Origin: an uncultured Actinomycetes bacterium
GTDB taxonomy: Bacteria > Actinomycetota > Thermoleophilia > Gaiellales > Gaiellaceae
NCBI GenBank assembly: GCA_963748205.1
Contig: CAVVIB010000014.1
Span: 24,262-88,261 of the forward strand
Reading direction: 5' to 3'
DNA length: 64,000 bases
Shown here: in pieces, positions 27,687 to 36,695 of the stretch
Position numbering within the stretch: position 1 is the stretch's first letter
Layout: the number at the start of each line of letters is the position of its first letter
Notes under the pieces: generated by a model
What the model was told of the DNA's origin: nothing
What the model saw: only the letters and a program-made list of their open reading frames with translations
The model's database searches: none
Program-made: the position numbers and the translations under genes

Positions 27687-28874
27687 TTAGCCCTTCCTGA
27701 AGAGACCGCGCTTCTGACCCTTGGCGATCTCGGCCGGCTGGAGGCCCTTGGCCATCTCGCGAATCGCCTTGGAGAAGTCCGCGCCGGGCTCGGCGAGCAC
27801 GGCGGGGTTCCCGCGGTTGACCGAGATCGGGACGGCCCGGTCGCTCGGGACCTCGAAGCGGACCTTCGTCTCGAGGGCGCCCTCGACCTCGTTCCGCTTC
27901 ATGCCCACCTTGGAGTTCGCCCGGTTGAGGACGAGGCGGATGCGGTTCTGCGGGAAGGCGAGGAGCTCCAGCGTCTGGAGCGCGAGCCTGACGTTCTTGA
28001 GGGTCGGGACATCGAGCCCGCAGACGAGCAGCAGCTCGTCGGTGCGGTCGAGCGTCGCCAGCATCGGCCCGTGGAAGAAGGGCGACGTGTCGACGACGAT
28101 GATGTCGTAGGACTCGCGCGCCACTTCGAGGAGCCGGGACAGCTTGCTCTCGGTCACGAGCTCCGCGTCCTCGGGGCGCACCGGCGCCGGGAGGATGTCG
28201 AGGCCCGAGGTGTGCTTCGTCGTGTAGCCGGCGAGCTTCTCCGAATCGAGCTCGCCCGGCGCGACGACCAGGTCGTAGATGGTCTTCTCCGGCTCGAGGC
28301 CGAGCATGATCGCCGCGTCCCCGAACTGGAGATCCAGGTCGAGGAGCAGCGTGCGCTTGCCCTCGAACTTCGCGAAGGCGGCGGCGAGGTTCGTCGAGGT
28401 GACGGTCTTGCCGGTGCCGCCCTTGGGCGAGAAGACGGTCACGATCCGGCCGCGGCGGGTCGGAGCGCTGACCGGGGTCTTCGCGCCGTTCTTGCTCGCC
28501 TTGCGGATGGCGAAGACGATGTTCTCCGTCATCTGCGGGAGGAGCAGGACGTCCGAGACGTCGGCCTCCAGCGCCTCCTCGAGGAGGACCGAGGCCTCTC
28601 CCGAGGCGAGCAGGATGATGGGCGCCCGCGTGTGCTCGCGAAGCGAGGCGATCTCGTCGCGGGGCAGAGTCGAGCTGCGCGTTCCGTGCAGGACGGCCTC
28701 GAGATGGCCGCCGGTCAGCGTGCCGGCCGACTCCGCGACGCCGACGCTCGTCCCGACGAGCTCGACCTCGGCGTGGCGCTCGAGCGCGTCGCGGAGCTGG
28801 TCGAGGCCGTCGCAGGACCCCGTCATGAAGATGCGGGCCTTCTCGCGGGTGGGTGCGGAGGTGTCGACGCTCAT
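27687..28874 (-). CDS. cpaE: CpaE/TadZ-like pilus assembly ATPase (pseudo-receiver plus ParA/MinD domain)
   Basis: Start ATG 28874 is preceded by GGAGGG and has an ATGA overlap with the cpaB stop. P-loop FSPKGGTGKTVTSTNLAAA. Confidence 0.85.
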   Translation of the reverse strand: MSVDTSAPTREKARIFMTGSCDGLDQLRDALERHAEVELVGTSVGVAESAGTLTGGHLEAVLHGTRSSTLPRDEIASLREHTRAPIILLASGEASVLLEEALEADVSDVLLLPQMTENIVFAIRKASKNGAKTPVSAPTRRGRIVTVFSPKGGTGKTVTSTNLAAAFAKFEGKRTLLLDLDLQFGDAAIMLGLEPEKTIYDLVVAPGELDSEKLAGYTTKHTSGLDILPAPVRPEDAELVTESKLSRLLEVARESYDIIVVDTSPFFHGPMLATLDRTDELLLVCGLDVPTLKNVRLALQTLELLAFPQNRIRLVLNRANSKVGMKRNEVEGALETKVRFEVPSDRAVPISVNRGNPAVLAEPGADFSKAIREMAKGLQPAEIAKGQKRGLFRKG

Positions 28875-29653
28875 TGAGTCCCTCCGTTCGCGCCGGCCAT
28901 GATCTCCTCGATCTGCTGGAGCTTCAGACCGTCCTCGAAGAGGGTCTTGTAGTTCTCGGCGCTCTCCGGGCTGTCCGCGTCGTCCTTCGGGGGACGGAGG
29001 ACGAGCGTCCACACACCGTTGGAGTGGATCCAGAGGAGCTTCTGCTCCTGCGCGTCCGTGAGCGCGAGCTTGACGGAGAGGTTCTGGCCCGTCCCGCCCT
29101 CGGAGATCTTGCTCGTGACGTCGCTCTGCTTGACGCCCTCGATGACGAGGATGTCGCGCAGGATGACGCGGCTGACGTGGTGCGTGGCTCCCTCGGGGAC
29201 GTTCCAGGTGCCGACGACGTCGACCTTGTCACCCTCCTGGAGGACGCCCGCGAGGAGCTGATGCTGGTTGCCGGGCAGCTGGACGGCGCGGAGATTGCCC
29301 GTCAGCTGCGCCCGGATGCCCTTCTCGGCCTCGGAGCGGAAGCGGAGCTGGCTGACCTGCTCGCCCTTGTAGATCTCGCTCGAGACGAGCTTCTCGCTCA
29401 CGTCGGCAGGCTCGAGCAGCGCGCCGGGTGCGACCTGCGAGCGCTCGATGTCCGACTGGACGATGAAGCCGCCGGCCTCGAGGTCGGCGCCGGAGGTTCC
29501 GGCGGGAATGTCCTTCGCCGCAACCCAGACCGGGACGAGCTCCTGATCCTCCTGGAGGCGGCCGCGCTCTTGAGAAACGTAATAGAAAACGAGGAGCACC
29601 GCGACGGCGGCGAGCGCGATCGCGAGCCCGAGGTTGCGGAGTCGATACGTCAT
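28871..29653 (-). CDS. cpaB: Flp pilus assembly protein CpaB/RcpC
   Basis: Start at ATG 29653 (MTYRLRNLGLAIALAAVAVLLVFYY, TM). SAF-like domain VPVWVAAKDIPAGT and an RcpC beta domain. Confidence 0.85.
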   Translation of the reverse strand: MTYRLRNLGLAIALAAVAVLLVFYYVSQERGRLQEDQELVPVWVAAKDIPAGTSGADLEAGGFIVQSDIERSQVAPGALLEPADVSEKLVSSEIYKGEQVSQLRFRSEAEKGIRAQLTGNLRAVQLPGNQHQLLAGVLQEGDKVDVVGTWNVPEGATHHVSRVILRDILVIEGVKQSDVTSKISEGGTGQNLSVKLALTDAQEQKLLWIHSNGVWTLVLRPPKDDADSPESAENYKTLFEDGLKLQQIEEIMAGANGGTQ

Positions 29654-29755
29654 TGCACCACGTCTTTCTGATCTCGAATTACGTGCCTTATCGGCGGGTC
29701 TCGGCCATGAGATGAGCGCCGTTTCTTGCTGCCGCACCGAGCGCGCGGCAATGGG

Positions 29756-30163
29756 TCATTCCACGCGCTCCGTTGTCGTTGCACTGAAGTTCCCCGACTT
29801 CACGATGATCCCGAGGAGGTTGATCGAGTACGGGTACGTCGCCGTGACGGTGACGTCGTCGCCGCGCAGGAACGTCGAGCTGACGGCGACGGAAAGCTTG
29901 GACTGGTCGAGGTTCACCGAGGCGTTGCGCACCCGGTTCTCGACGATCGCGTTGGGGCTCGGCAGGTCGCGTGCGACCGCGCCCTGACGCCCGCCGGCGC
30001 GCACGGCATCCGTGAGCGTGACGTACTGGTGGAAGATGATCCCGAACTGAATGACCCCGAAGAGGAGCAGCGCGAGGAGCGGCAACACGAGTGCGAACTC
30101 GGTGACCGTCTGGCCCTGCTGGTTGCGGGAGATCCTGTGCGGCGAAGAGAGTGTTTTCTGCAT
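29756..30163 (-). CDS. TadE-like pseudopilin
   Basis: 135 aa from ATG 30163. GQTVTEFALVLPLLALLLFGVIQFG is the TadE N-terminal motif. Confidence 0.75.
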   Translation of the reverse strand: MQKTLSSPHRISRNQQGQTVTEFALVLPLLALLLFGVIQFGIIFHQYVTLTDAVRAGGRQGAVARDLPSPNAIVENRVRNASVNLDQSKLSVAVSSTFLRGDDVTVTATYPYSINLLGIIVKSGNFSATTTERVE

Positions 30164-30251
30164 TTGGGGTGAAACCGTGCTGCTTTGGAGAAGGAAGGCG
30201 GGTCCCTTTTCTGCGGGGGCGCGGAAAAGGACCCGCCTGAGCTTCTGGCTG

Positions 30252-30404
30252 CTAGAGGACGGCCGTGACTGCGTCGAGCGCAGACGAAATGGCGCCCGAG
30301 AGGAAGCCGAGGGCGACGACGATCCCCAGCGTGATGACGGCGAGAACCACGCCGTACTCCGCCATGGTCTGACCGTCCTCGCGCCTGATGAGGGACTTGA
30401 ACAT
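30252..30404 (-). CDS. flp: Flp-family type IVb pilin
   Basis: 50 aa with SD GGGAGG upstream of ATG 30404. MFKSLIRREDG/QTMAEYGVVLAVITLGIVVALGF has the Flp G/xxxxEY processing motif. Confidence 0.85.
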   Translation of the reverse strand: MFKSLIRREDGQTMAEYGVVLAVITLGIVVALGFLSGAISSALDAVTAVL

Positions 30405-30808
30405 TCTCGATTCACCTCCCTTCCTACTCCGGGCACGCTTGCCGGCGCGCTGAACGTCCGACGAATCGAATCGCGAAGATGAAACGGACATGCGCGGTGA
30501 GAGCCGATTCGTCGAGCGGGCGGTGAGCGTGGTCACGTTGATGAAACCTCCCAGAGCTAAAAGAGCTCTCTCGGCGTGACCGCTCCGCCGTTTGGCTCCA
30601 ACTGCCCGCAACATCGGGGATAGCGAGCGGCACGAGAATCCCCCGGCTGGGTGGTTCGCAGCCATTGCACCCTTTCGGGGGAAGATCGCCTTTAGGCCCC
30701 GCCCCGATAGTCCGAGCAGGTTCCGCGGAGCGGCAAGCGGATCAAGAATCACGTTCCGCGCCGAAGTGGCGGCCTCGGCGCCCGACACAAGACGGGAGCA
30801 CCAGGCAC

Positions 30809-32290
30809 ATGCCACAGAAGAAGACACCGCGGCGTCTCATCACGCCGCTTCTGCTCTTCACGCTCGCCGGCTGGGCACTCTGGGCGATCGGGCGCAACAC
30901 GCCCGCCCAGGATGGTCGGGGAGACGATGCGGCCGAGTCCCTTCACGGGGCGGAGACGGGCTCCACACCCAAGCGCGCACACGCAACGTGGAGCAAGCGC
31001 CGCCTCGCGACGAGCCTCGCCTTCGCCACCCTGTTCTTCGGCGGCGCCGCGTTCTCGGCGGGTGCCGGCGACGTCGTCGCCGAGGCCCTCGAGGGCGAGA
31101 CGACGACCGAGATGACCTCCACCGAGGAGGCACCGGCCGAGGAGACTCCCGCCGAAGAGGCCCCGGCCGAGGAAGCTCCGGCAGAGGACCCGCCGGCCGA
31201 GGAAGCTCCCGCCGAGGAGACCCCGGCCGAGGAGACGCCGGCCGACCCCGACGCCCCGGCAGAGCCGGGCGACCCGGGCGAGGAGACGCCGGGTGAGCCC
31301 GGCGGCGGCGAGTCCCCCGCCGAGCCCGGCGGCGGCGGCTCCGAGCCCGGAGAGGGTGCGCCCCCTCCGCCGCTCCCGACGCCTGACGACCCGGACGAGG
31401 GCGAGCCGGCCCCGGCTCCTCCGCCCGGCGTGGGCGAGGGCGCACAGCCCGCGCCGCCCGGCAACCAGCCGGTCATCGACCCCGGGACGCGGAGCCCGGC
31501 GCACCTCGATCCCGAGGCGAACGCCGAGGGCTTCTTCGCCACCATCTGGCTGCACCGGCCGCTGCCCGACCCGACGCCTCCGGCCAAGCGGCTCACCCCA
31601 CGCTTCGCCCGCTCCCTCGCGAGCGAGGCCAGGGCCGCGCGCGTCGACTGGGCGCTCGTGCTCGGGGTCCTACGGGCCCGCGGGTTCGACGGCGGCTCGC
31701 TCGCCAAGTCCACGGTGCGGAGCACCGCCCGCCAGCTCGCGTCGCTCGGCGCGCGCCGGCATCCCCGCGCCGCGCTCGCCCGCTACGGCGACGAGTTCGC
31801 GAACCAGGCCTTCGCGCTCCGGAACTACAACCGGGCCGTCGGCCTCCACGCCCTTGTCACCGGCTTCGAGGCCGCCAAGCCCGCGCTCCAGAAGCGCGTC
31901 CTCGCCGACAAGCGCCTGAGCATCTACCAGGGCGGGCGTCTCGACATCGCCCTCGGCCGCACGGACATCCGCGTGCTCGTGCTCCTGCGCTACCTCGCTG
32001 AGTCGCACGGCCAGGCGACGATCTCCAGCCTGACCTCCGGCCACGGCTTCTTCTCCCGCCCCGGCGTCGTCTCGGCCCACAGCTACGGGCTCGCGGTCGA
32101 CGTCGCGGGAGTGGCGAAGCGGTCGATCTACGGCAACCAGGAGCCCGGCGGGCTCACCGAGCGGGCAGTGCGCAACGTCCTGCTCCTGCCGGCCGAGCTC
32201 CAGCCGAAGCAGGTCATCTCCCTGCTCGGTCTCGGCGGCCCGTCGTTCCCGATGGCCGACCACTACGACCACATCCACGTGGGGTACTAG
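30809..32290 (+). CDS. membrane-anchored M15 (VanY-like, LAS fold) zinc peptidase with a Pro/Glu/Ala-rich linker
   Basis: Start ATG 30809. TM helices, a roughly 150 aa PAEE/PEP low-complexity region, then a C-terminal SAHSYGLAVD motif (SxHxxGxAxD) and DHIHVGY. Confidence 0.7.
   Translation: MPQKKTPRRLITPLLLFTLAGWALWAIGRNTPAQDGRGDDAAESLHGAETGSTPKRAHATWSKRRLATSLAFATLFFGGAAFSAGAGDVVAEALEGETTTEMTSTEEAPAEETPAEEAPAEEAPAEDPPAEEAPAEETPAEETPADPDAPAEPGDPGEETPGEPGGGESPAEPGGGGSEPGEGAPPPPLPTPDDPDEGEPAPAPPPGVGEGAQPAPPGNQPVIDPGTRSPAHLDPEANAEGFFATIWLHRPLPDPTPPAKRLTPRFARSLASEARAARVDWALVLGVLRARGFDGGSLAKSTVRSTARQLASLGARRHPRAALARYGDEFANQAFALRNYNRAVGLHALVTGFEAAKPALQKRVLADKRLSIYQGGRLDIALGRTDIRVLVLLRYLAESHGQATISSLTSGHGFFSRPGVVSAHSYGLAVDVAGVAKRSIYGNQEPGGLTERAVRNVLLLPAELQPKQVISLLGLGGPSFPMADHYDHIHVGY
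31124..31243 (+). repeat. eight tandem 15-nt coding repeats (EExPA pentapeptides)
   Basis: GAGGAGGCACCGGCC / GAGGAGACTCCCGCC / GAAGAGGCCCCGGCC ... inside the peptidase linker. Confidence 0.6.
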
Positions 32291-32297
32291 GCCGGCT

Positions 32298-32669
32298 TTG
32301 ACCGTCACCCTGGAACGTCAGGACGGCAGCACGGTCTGTGAGCGGTGTCTCCTCGCGGAGACACCGCTCTCCCGCCTCCGAGGGCTCCTCGGGCGTGCGG
32401 GGCTCGAGCGGGGCGAGGGGATTCTCCTTCGCCCCGCTTCATCTATTCACATGTGGTTCATGCGGTTCGCCATCGACGCCGTGTTCCTCGACCGGGAGGG
32501 CAACGTCCTCCGGGTGGTCGAGCGGCTTCGGCCCTGGCGCATGGCGGGCTGCCTCGGCGCGAAGGCCGTGATCGAGCTGCCCGCCGGCGAGTGCGAGCGC
32601 GTTCGGCTGGCGGCGGGCGACCGGGTGGTCGTCAGGCCGGCGTCAGCACCCGCAGCGCACGCGGCCTGA
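32298..32669 (+). CDS. DUF192 (COG1430) family protein
   Basis: 123 aa, TTG start. RLRGLLGR...GILLRPASSIHMWFMRFAIDAVFLDREGNVLRV...AVIELPAG is typical of DUF192. Confidence 0.7.
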   Translation: MTVTLERQDGSTVCERCLLAETPLSRLRGLLGRAGLERGEGILLRPASSIHMWFMRFAIDAVFLDREGNVLRVVERLRPWRMAGCLGAKAVIELPAGECERVRLAAGDRVVVRPASAPAAHAA

Positions 32670-33402
32670 CCTCCAGCTCGACCGGCGGCGCCAGCACGAC
32701 CGGCTCCCCGTCGACGGCGGCGTGCACGCGCGAGCGCCGCGCGTCGATCGTGATCCGCTCGCACGCCCACTCCACGAGGCCCTCGGCCTCCTCGGCGCGC
32801 CCCCGCGCCGCCTTGCCGAGCAGCGCGACGAACGCGGCCCGGCCGACGGGCTCGAGCACGTAGACGTGCAGGCGCCCCTCGTCGAGCCTGTCCCGTGTGC
32901 CGAGCTCGGCGAGCGAGCTCCCTCCGTAGTCGTTGTTGGCCACGAGCACGATCAGCGCCCGGCGCTCCTCACGGCGTCCGTCGACGTCGAAGGCGAGCGA
33001 CAGCGGCTGCCGCGAGCGGCCGAACGCCGCGGGCAGCATGCGGAGGGCCGCGACCAGGCGGTTGCGGGTCTTGCGCCGCGGGTCGTGCACGAAGCTCGCG
33101 TAGACCCCGAACGAGACGTTGTTGAGGAACACGCGCCCGTCAACGGCGCCCACGTCGACCTGCCGCTCCTCGCCCTGGAAGGCGCCGAGCGCGGCGAGGG
33201 GGTCGTCGGGGTCGAGCCCGAGGTCGCGCGCGAAGTGGTTCCGCGTCCCGAAGGGGACGACGACGAGCGGCCGATCCCGCTCGAGCGCCACGCCCGCGAC
33301 CGCGGCGATGGTGCCGTCGCCTCCGGCAACGCCCAGGGCAGGCGCACCGCCTTCGACGGCGCGGCCCGCGAGCTCCGCGGCGTCCTCGCCCTCGGCCAGC
33401 AC
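32632..33402 (-). CDS. diacylglycerol/lipid kinase family protein (YegS/LCB5-like). This is the minimal ORF; the true N-terminus is further upstream.
   Basis: GVAGGDGTIAAVAG, VVPFGTRNHFARDLG. The same frame stays open upstream and encodes AFLLVNPRSGSGSPSAEELVAEAEALGIETH, but there is no ATG/GTG/TTG. A CTG lies at 33540. Confidence 0.8.
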   Translation of the reverse strand: MLAEGEDAAELAGRAVEGGAPALGVAGGDGTIAAVAGVALERDRPLVVVPFGTRNHFARDLGLDPDDPLAALGAFQGEERQVDVGAVDGRVFLNNVSFGVYASFVHDPRRKTRNRLVAALRMLPAAFGRSRQPLSLAFDVDGRREERRALIVLVANNDYGGSSLAELGTRDRLDEGRLHVYVLEPVGRAAFVALLGKAARGRAEEAEGLVEWACERITIDARRSRVHAAVDGEPVVLAPPVELEVRPRALRVLTPA

Positions 33403-33506
33403 GTGCGTCTCGATGCCGAGCGCCTCTGCCTCGGCGACGAGCTCCTCAGCCGACGGCGAGCCCGAGCCGGACCTCGGGTTGACGAGGAGGAACGCCCTGG
33501 AGGGGA

Positions 33507-33896
33507 CTAGACCGCGCCCTCGATGGCGTGCAGAGTCCAGGCCGGGCCAATGCGAACGAGGTGGCCGTCCGGGTCGGCGAGGTCGTAGACCTCCGTGCCG
33601 AAGCGCGTCTGGGTGATCCGGCCGCCCTCGATGCCCTGGCGCTCGAGGCGGTCGATCTCGATCTGGATGTCCTCGGCGGCAAGCTCGAGGCGGGAGCTAC
33701 CGCCGATCTCGCGCCCACGCTCGGGATCCCAGGTGAGAACGAGGAAGGTCTGGCCCTCGAGCACGAAGAAGGCGCTGTGGGCGTTCTCGCCCTCGTCGTA
33801 GGCGGCCGCGGGGCCGCGCCCCAGGAGGCGCGTGTACCAATCGTTAGAGCGGTCGAGGTCGGTGACGTAGAGGTGGATCGCCGTGACCAGGCTCAC
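33507..33896 (-). CDS. VOC/glyoxalase-family protein
   Basis: 130 aa from GTG 33896 (VSLVTAIHLYVTDLDRSNDWYTRLLG...VYDLADPDGHLVRIG). The ATG at 34058 would overlap the divergent neighbour. Confidence 0.7.
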   Translation of the reverse strand: MSLVTAIHLYVTDLDRSNDWYTRLLGRGPAAAYDEGENAHSAFFVLEGQTFLVLTWDPERGREIGGSSRLELAAEDIQIEIDRLERQGIEGGRITQTRFGTEVYDLADPDGHLVRIGPAWTLHAIEGAV

Positions 33897-34046
33897 GACT
33901 GCGGCTTCGTCTTCCCGCGCGACGCGCCCACCTCGACGGCCTGGCGCTTCTCGCGCTCCTTCTTCTTGCGCTTGCGGTCGTTTCGCCAGCGCTTGATAGG
34001 CCTCGAGCCGCGTCCCATAGGGCTGTGACTCTATACATTCCCTGCC

Positions 34047-35294
34047 GTGCCGCTCCAACCAGGCCGCACCGTCGACGAGCTCCGCGAGCTCCGTGAGCTG
34101 ACAGGCGACGAGGACGGGGCTCAGCGCGTCGCCTGGACGGACACCTGGGTCGCGGCCAAGGACTGGCTCTCGGGCAAGGTGGCTCCCACCGGTGCCGAGG
34201 AGGAGATCGACGCGGCCGGCAACCAGTGGTTCACGCTGCGCGGCGAATCAGACCGCGCGCTCGTGATCGGCGGCCACATCGACTCCGTGCCGAACGGGGG
34301 CTGGCTCGACGGCGCCCTCAACGTCGTCGCGGGCGTCGAAGTGCTGCGCCGGCTCGCCGAGGACGGGACGCCGCCCGTCACCGTCAGGCTCGTGAGCTGG
34401 GCCGACGAGGAAGGCGCCCGCTTCGGGCGTTCCCTCTTCGGTTCGAGCGCGGCCTCCGGGACGATGGACGACCAGGCCGAGCTGCGCGAGCGGACGGACG
34501 CCGGCGGGATCCGCTGGGAGGACGCCTTGCGCGAGCACGGCGTCGACATCGACCGGGCGCTCGACGCGCGCTCGCAGCTCGAGAACGCGGCCGCCTACCT
34601 CGAGCTCCACATCGAGCAGGGTCCAGTGCTGGAGTCCATGGACCTGCCGCTGGGCGTCGTCCTCGGCACCTTCGGGGTCGAGCGCCACCAGATCACGTTC
34701 CGCGGCCAGGCGGCCCACGCCGGCTCGACGCCGATGGACAAGCGCCGTGACGCGCTCGCCGCGGCCGCGAAGCTGGCGCTCGAGATCCGCGGCATCGCCG
34801 CGCGCACGGGCGACGGCGCCGTCTGCACGATGGGGAGCTGCGTGACGAAGCCGGGGATCGTCACGTCGGTCGTCGAGACCGCGACGGTGCTCCTCGACCA
34901 GCGCCACCTCGACGGGGAGAAGCTCGCCGCCATGCTCGCCGAGGCCAAGGAGGCGAGCGAGCGCTTCGCCGGCGAGGAGGACGTCGAGGTCGAGTGGGAG
35001 CGCATCTGGCGCATCGACCCGATCCTCTTCGACGAGGCGCTGATCGAGCTCGCCGACGAGGCGATCACGGAGGTCTCGGGACAGTCGCACCGGCTCCCGA
35101 GCGGCCCGCTCCACGACGCGGCCGAGGCCGCGCGCGCAGGAGTCCCCACCGTGATGCTCTTCGTCCAGAGCCTCCGGGGGCTCTCCCACACGAAGCTCGA
35201 GGACACGAAGCCCGAGCACCTCGAGCTCTCGGTGCAGGCGCTCGACCGGCTGGCGGCGAAGACGCTCGACCGGCTGGCAGCGGGCCAGGCGTAG
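34047..35294 (+). CDS. M20-family amidohydrolase (allantoate amidohydrolase / N-carbamoyl-L-amino-acid hydrolase type)
   Basis: 415 aa. GGHIDSVPNGGWLDGALNVVAGVEV, SWADEEGARFG, AGSTPM, SGPLHDAAE. Confidence 0.85.
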   Translation: MPLQPGRTVDELRELRELTGDEDGAQRVAWTDTWVAAKDWLSGKVAPTGAEEEIDAAGNQWFTLRGESDRALVIGGHIDSVPNGGWLDGALNVVAGVEVLRRLAEDGTPPVTVRLVSWADEEGARFGRSLFGSSAASGTMDDQAELRERTDAGGIRWEDALREHGVDIDRALDARSQLENAAAYLELHIEQGPVLESMDLPLGVVLGTFGVERHQITFRGQAAHAGSTPMDKRRDALAAAAKLALEIRGIAARTGDGAVCTMGSCVTKPGIVTSVVETATVLLDQRHLDGEKLAAMLAEAKEASERFAGEEDVEVEWERIWRIDPILFDEALIELADEAITEVSGQSHRLPSGPLHDAAEAARAGVPTVMLFVQSLRGLSHTKLEDTKPEHLELSVQALDRLAAKTLDRLAAGQA

Positions 35295-35311
35295 ACGGTC
35301 GCCGCCCGGGG

Positions 35312-35890
35312 TTAGACGATCTCGACGATCTCCGAGCCCAGGTCGGCCAGGCCGAGCCCGACGACCACGGCGAGGATGATCGCGCCCACGACGGTCACGC
35401 CGCGCCGGAAGAAGACGGCCGGGACGCCCGGTCCCCACCGGTCGGCCAGCGCCGCGAGCGCGTAGCCCGCCAGGAAGAAGAGCGCGCCGAACAGCGCGAC
35501 CGCCAGGCCTGCGGGCTCGAGGAGACGGAAGTCGACGTTGTCGGCATCCAGCACGGTGCCTCCGAGCAGCGCAAGCAGGACGAGAGACAGCGCCAGCCCG
35601 CGCCAGGCCAACGGTGAGGGAAGCCAGCGGCGGACCAGGAAGACGATCAGCCCGGCGGCGACGCCGGACGGGATGCCGACGAAGACGATCAGGCCCAGCG
35701 TTCCGCCGGCGGTGACGTCGCCGACCTGGTTCCCGTTCTCGGTGAAGGTGCCGCGAGCGTCGGCGTCCGCGAGCGCGAGGATCCGCATGACGATGCGGGA
35801 CCCGAGCCCGGCCACGACGAGGCCGACGACGATGCCCGCCGCCACGCAACCTGCCAGCGGCCGCAAGAGCGCCGAGACCTGCCCAGGCAT
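35312..35890 (-). CDS. integral membrane protein, unknown function
   Basis: 192 aa with about 5 hydrophobic helices. No family recognised. Confidence 0.6.
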   Translation of the reverse strand: MPGQVSALLRPLAGCVAAGIVVGLVVAGLGSRIVMRILALADADARGTFTENGNQVGDVTAGGTLGLIVFVGIPSGVAAGLIVFLVRRWLPSPLAWRGLALSLVLLALLGGTVLDADNVDFRLLEPAGLAVALFGALFFLAGYALAALADRWGPGVPAVFFRRGVTVVGAIILAVVVGLGLADLGSEIVEIV

Positions 35891-35903
35891 CTGACGGGTG
35901 ACT

Positions 35904-36695
35904 CTAGGGCACGCGCGGCGGAACGGTGATGTGGTGTCCCACGCGGTGCGGGTCGCCGGTCGGGCCCTCCTTGCTCACGTGGACGGCGACACGGCCGTTC
36001 GCCTCCTCGACCCGGCGTACGACCCAGGGCCGCCCGTCGACCATCGACCGCCCCAGCTCGTCGCCGACCTCGGGGACGTCGCCCTCGTGCACGCCGCGCT
36101 GAAGCTCGTGGCCCTGCGAGTCCTCGCGGATCCAGACGACCGGCGCGTCGATGCCCGCGTCCGGCGGCGCCGCCCCGCCCGCGGCCCAGGTCGCCTGGGG
36201 ATCGAAGCTCGGCTGCTCGGCGGCCGTGATCTCCCGCAGGGCGAGCCGAAGCTCGTCGGGCGTCGGGTTGCCCCAGTACCAGAAGCCGCACCAGACCCTG
36301 TGGATGCGGCGGTGCGAATCGAGGACGAACGTGTACGGAAGGAACGGGCGGTGAGTCTCGTCCGTCAGCTCGAGGAGCTCGAGCTCCTCGGCCACCGCAC
36401 GGTCGGCGTCGGAGAGGAACGGGAAGTCTGCGCCGAGGCCCGCGCGCAGGGCGCCGTTCACGTACGGGTCGTCCACGGTGGCGACCGCGATCTTCCCGTA
36501 CTCGCGCTGGATCTCGTCCTGGAGGAACACCAGGTTGCGCAGGCGGACCTGCTCCTTCGGGCACCACCAGCCGCGGACGAACGCGAGCACGAGCGGCTGG
36601 GCCGGAGCGATCTCGCTCAGCGCGAGCTCCTTGCCGGTCGTCTCGGGCAGGCGGAGATCCGGGAACGTCCCGCCGATCGTGAGGTCGGCTCTCAT
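35904..36695 (-). CDS. redoxin / AhpC-TSA-like thioredoxin-fold protein with a C-terminal extension
   Basis: FPDLRLPETTGKELALSEI...PLVLAFVRGWWCPKEQ is a peroxiredoxin-like N-terminus with a single Cys. A roughly 90 aa extra C-terminal region follows. Confidence 0.65.
   Translation of the reverse strand: MRADLTIGGTFPDLRLPETTGKELALSEIAPAQPLVLAFVRGWWCPKEQVRLRNLVFLQDEIQREYGKIAVATVDDPYVNGALRAGLGADFPFLSDADRAVAEELELLELTDETHRPFLPYTFVLDSHRRIHRVWCGFWYWGNPTPDELRLALREITAAEQPSFDPQATWAAGGAAPPDAGIDAPVVWIREDSQGHELQRGVHEGDVPEVGDELGRSMVDGRPWVVRRVEEANGRVAVHVSKEGPTGDPHRVGHHITVPPRVP

Noticed and set aside
33897-34058. The longer version of the VOC/glyoxalase ORF starting at ATG 34058.
   Set aside because: It would add a roughly 54 aa Arg/Glu-rich extension with no homology pattern, and it would overlap the divergent M20 hydrolase start. 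GTG 33896 gives a standard roughly 130 aa VOC domain.
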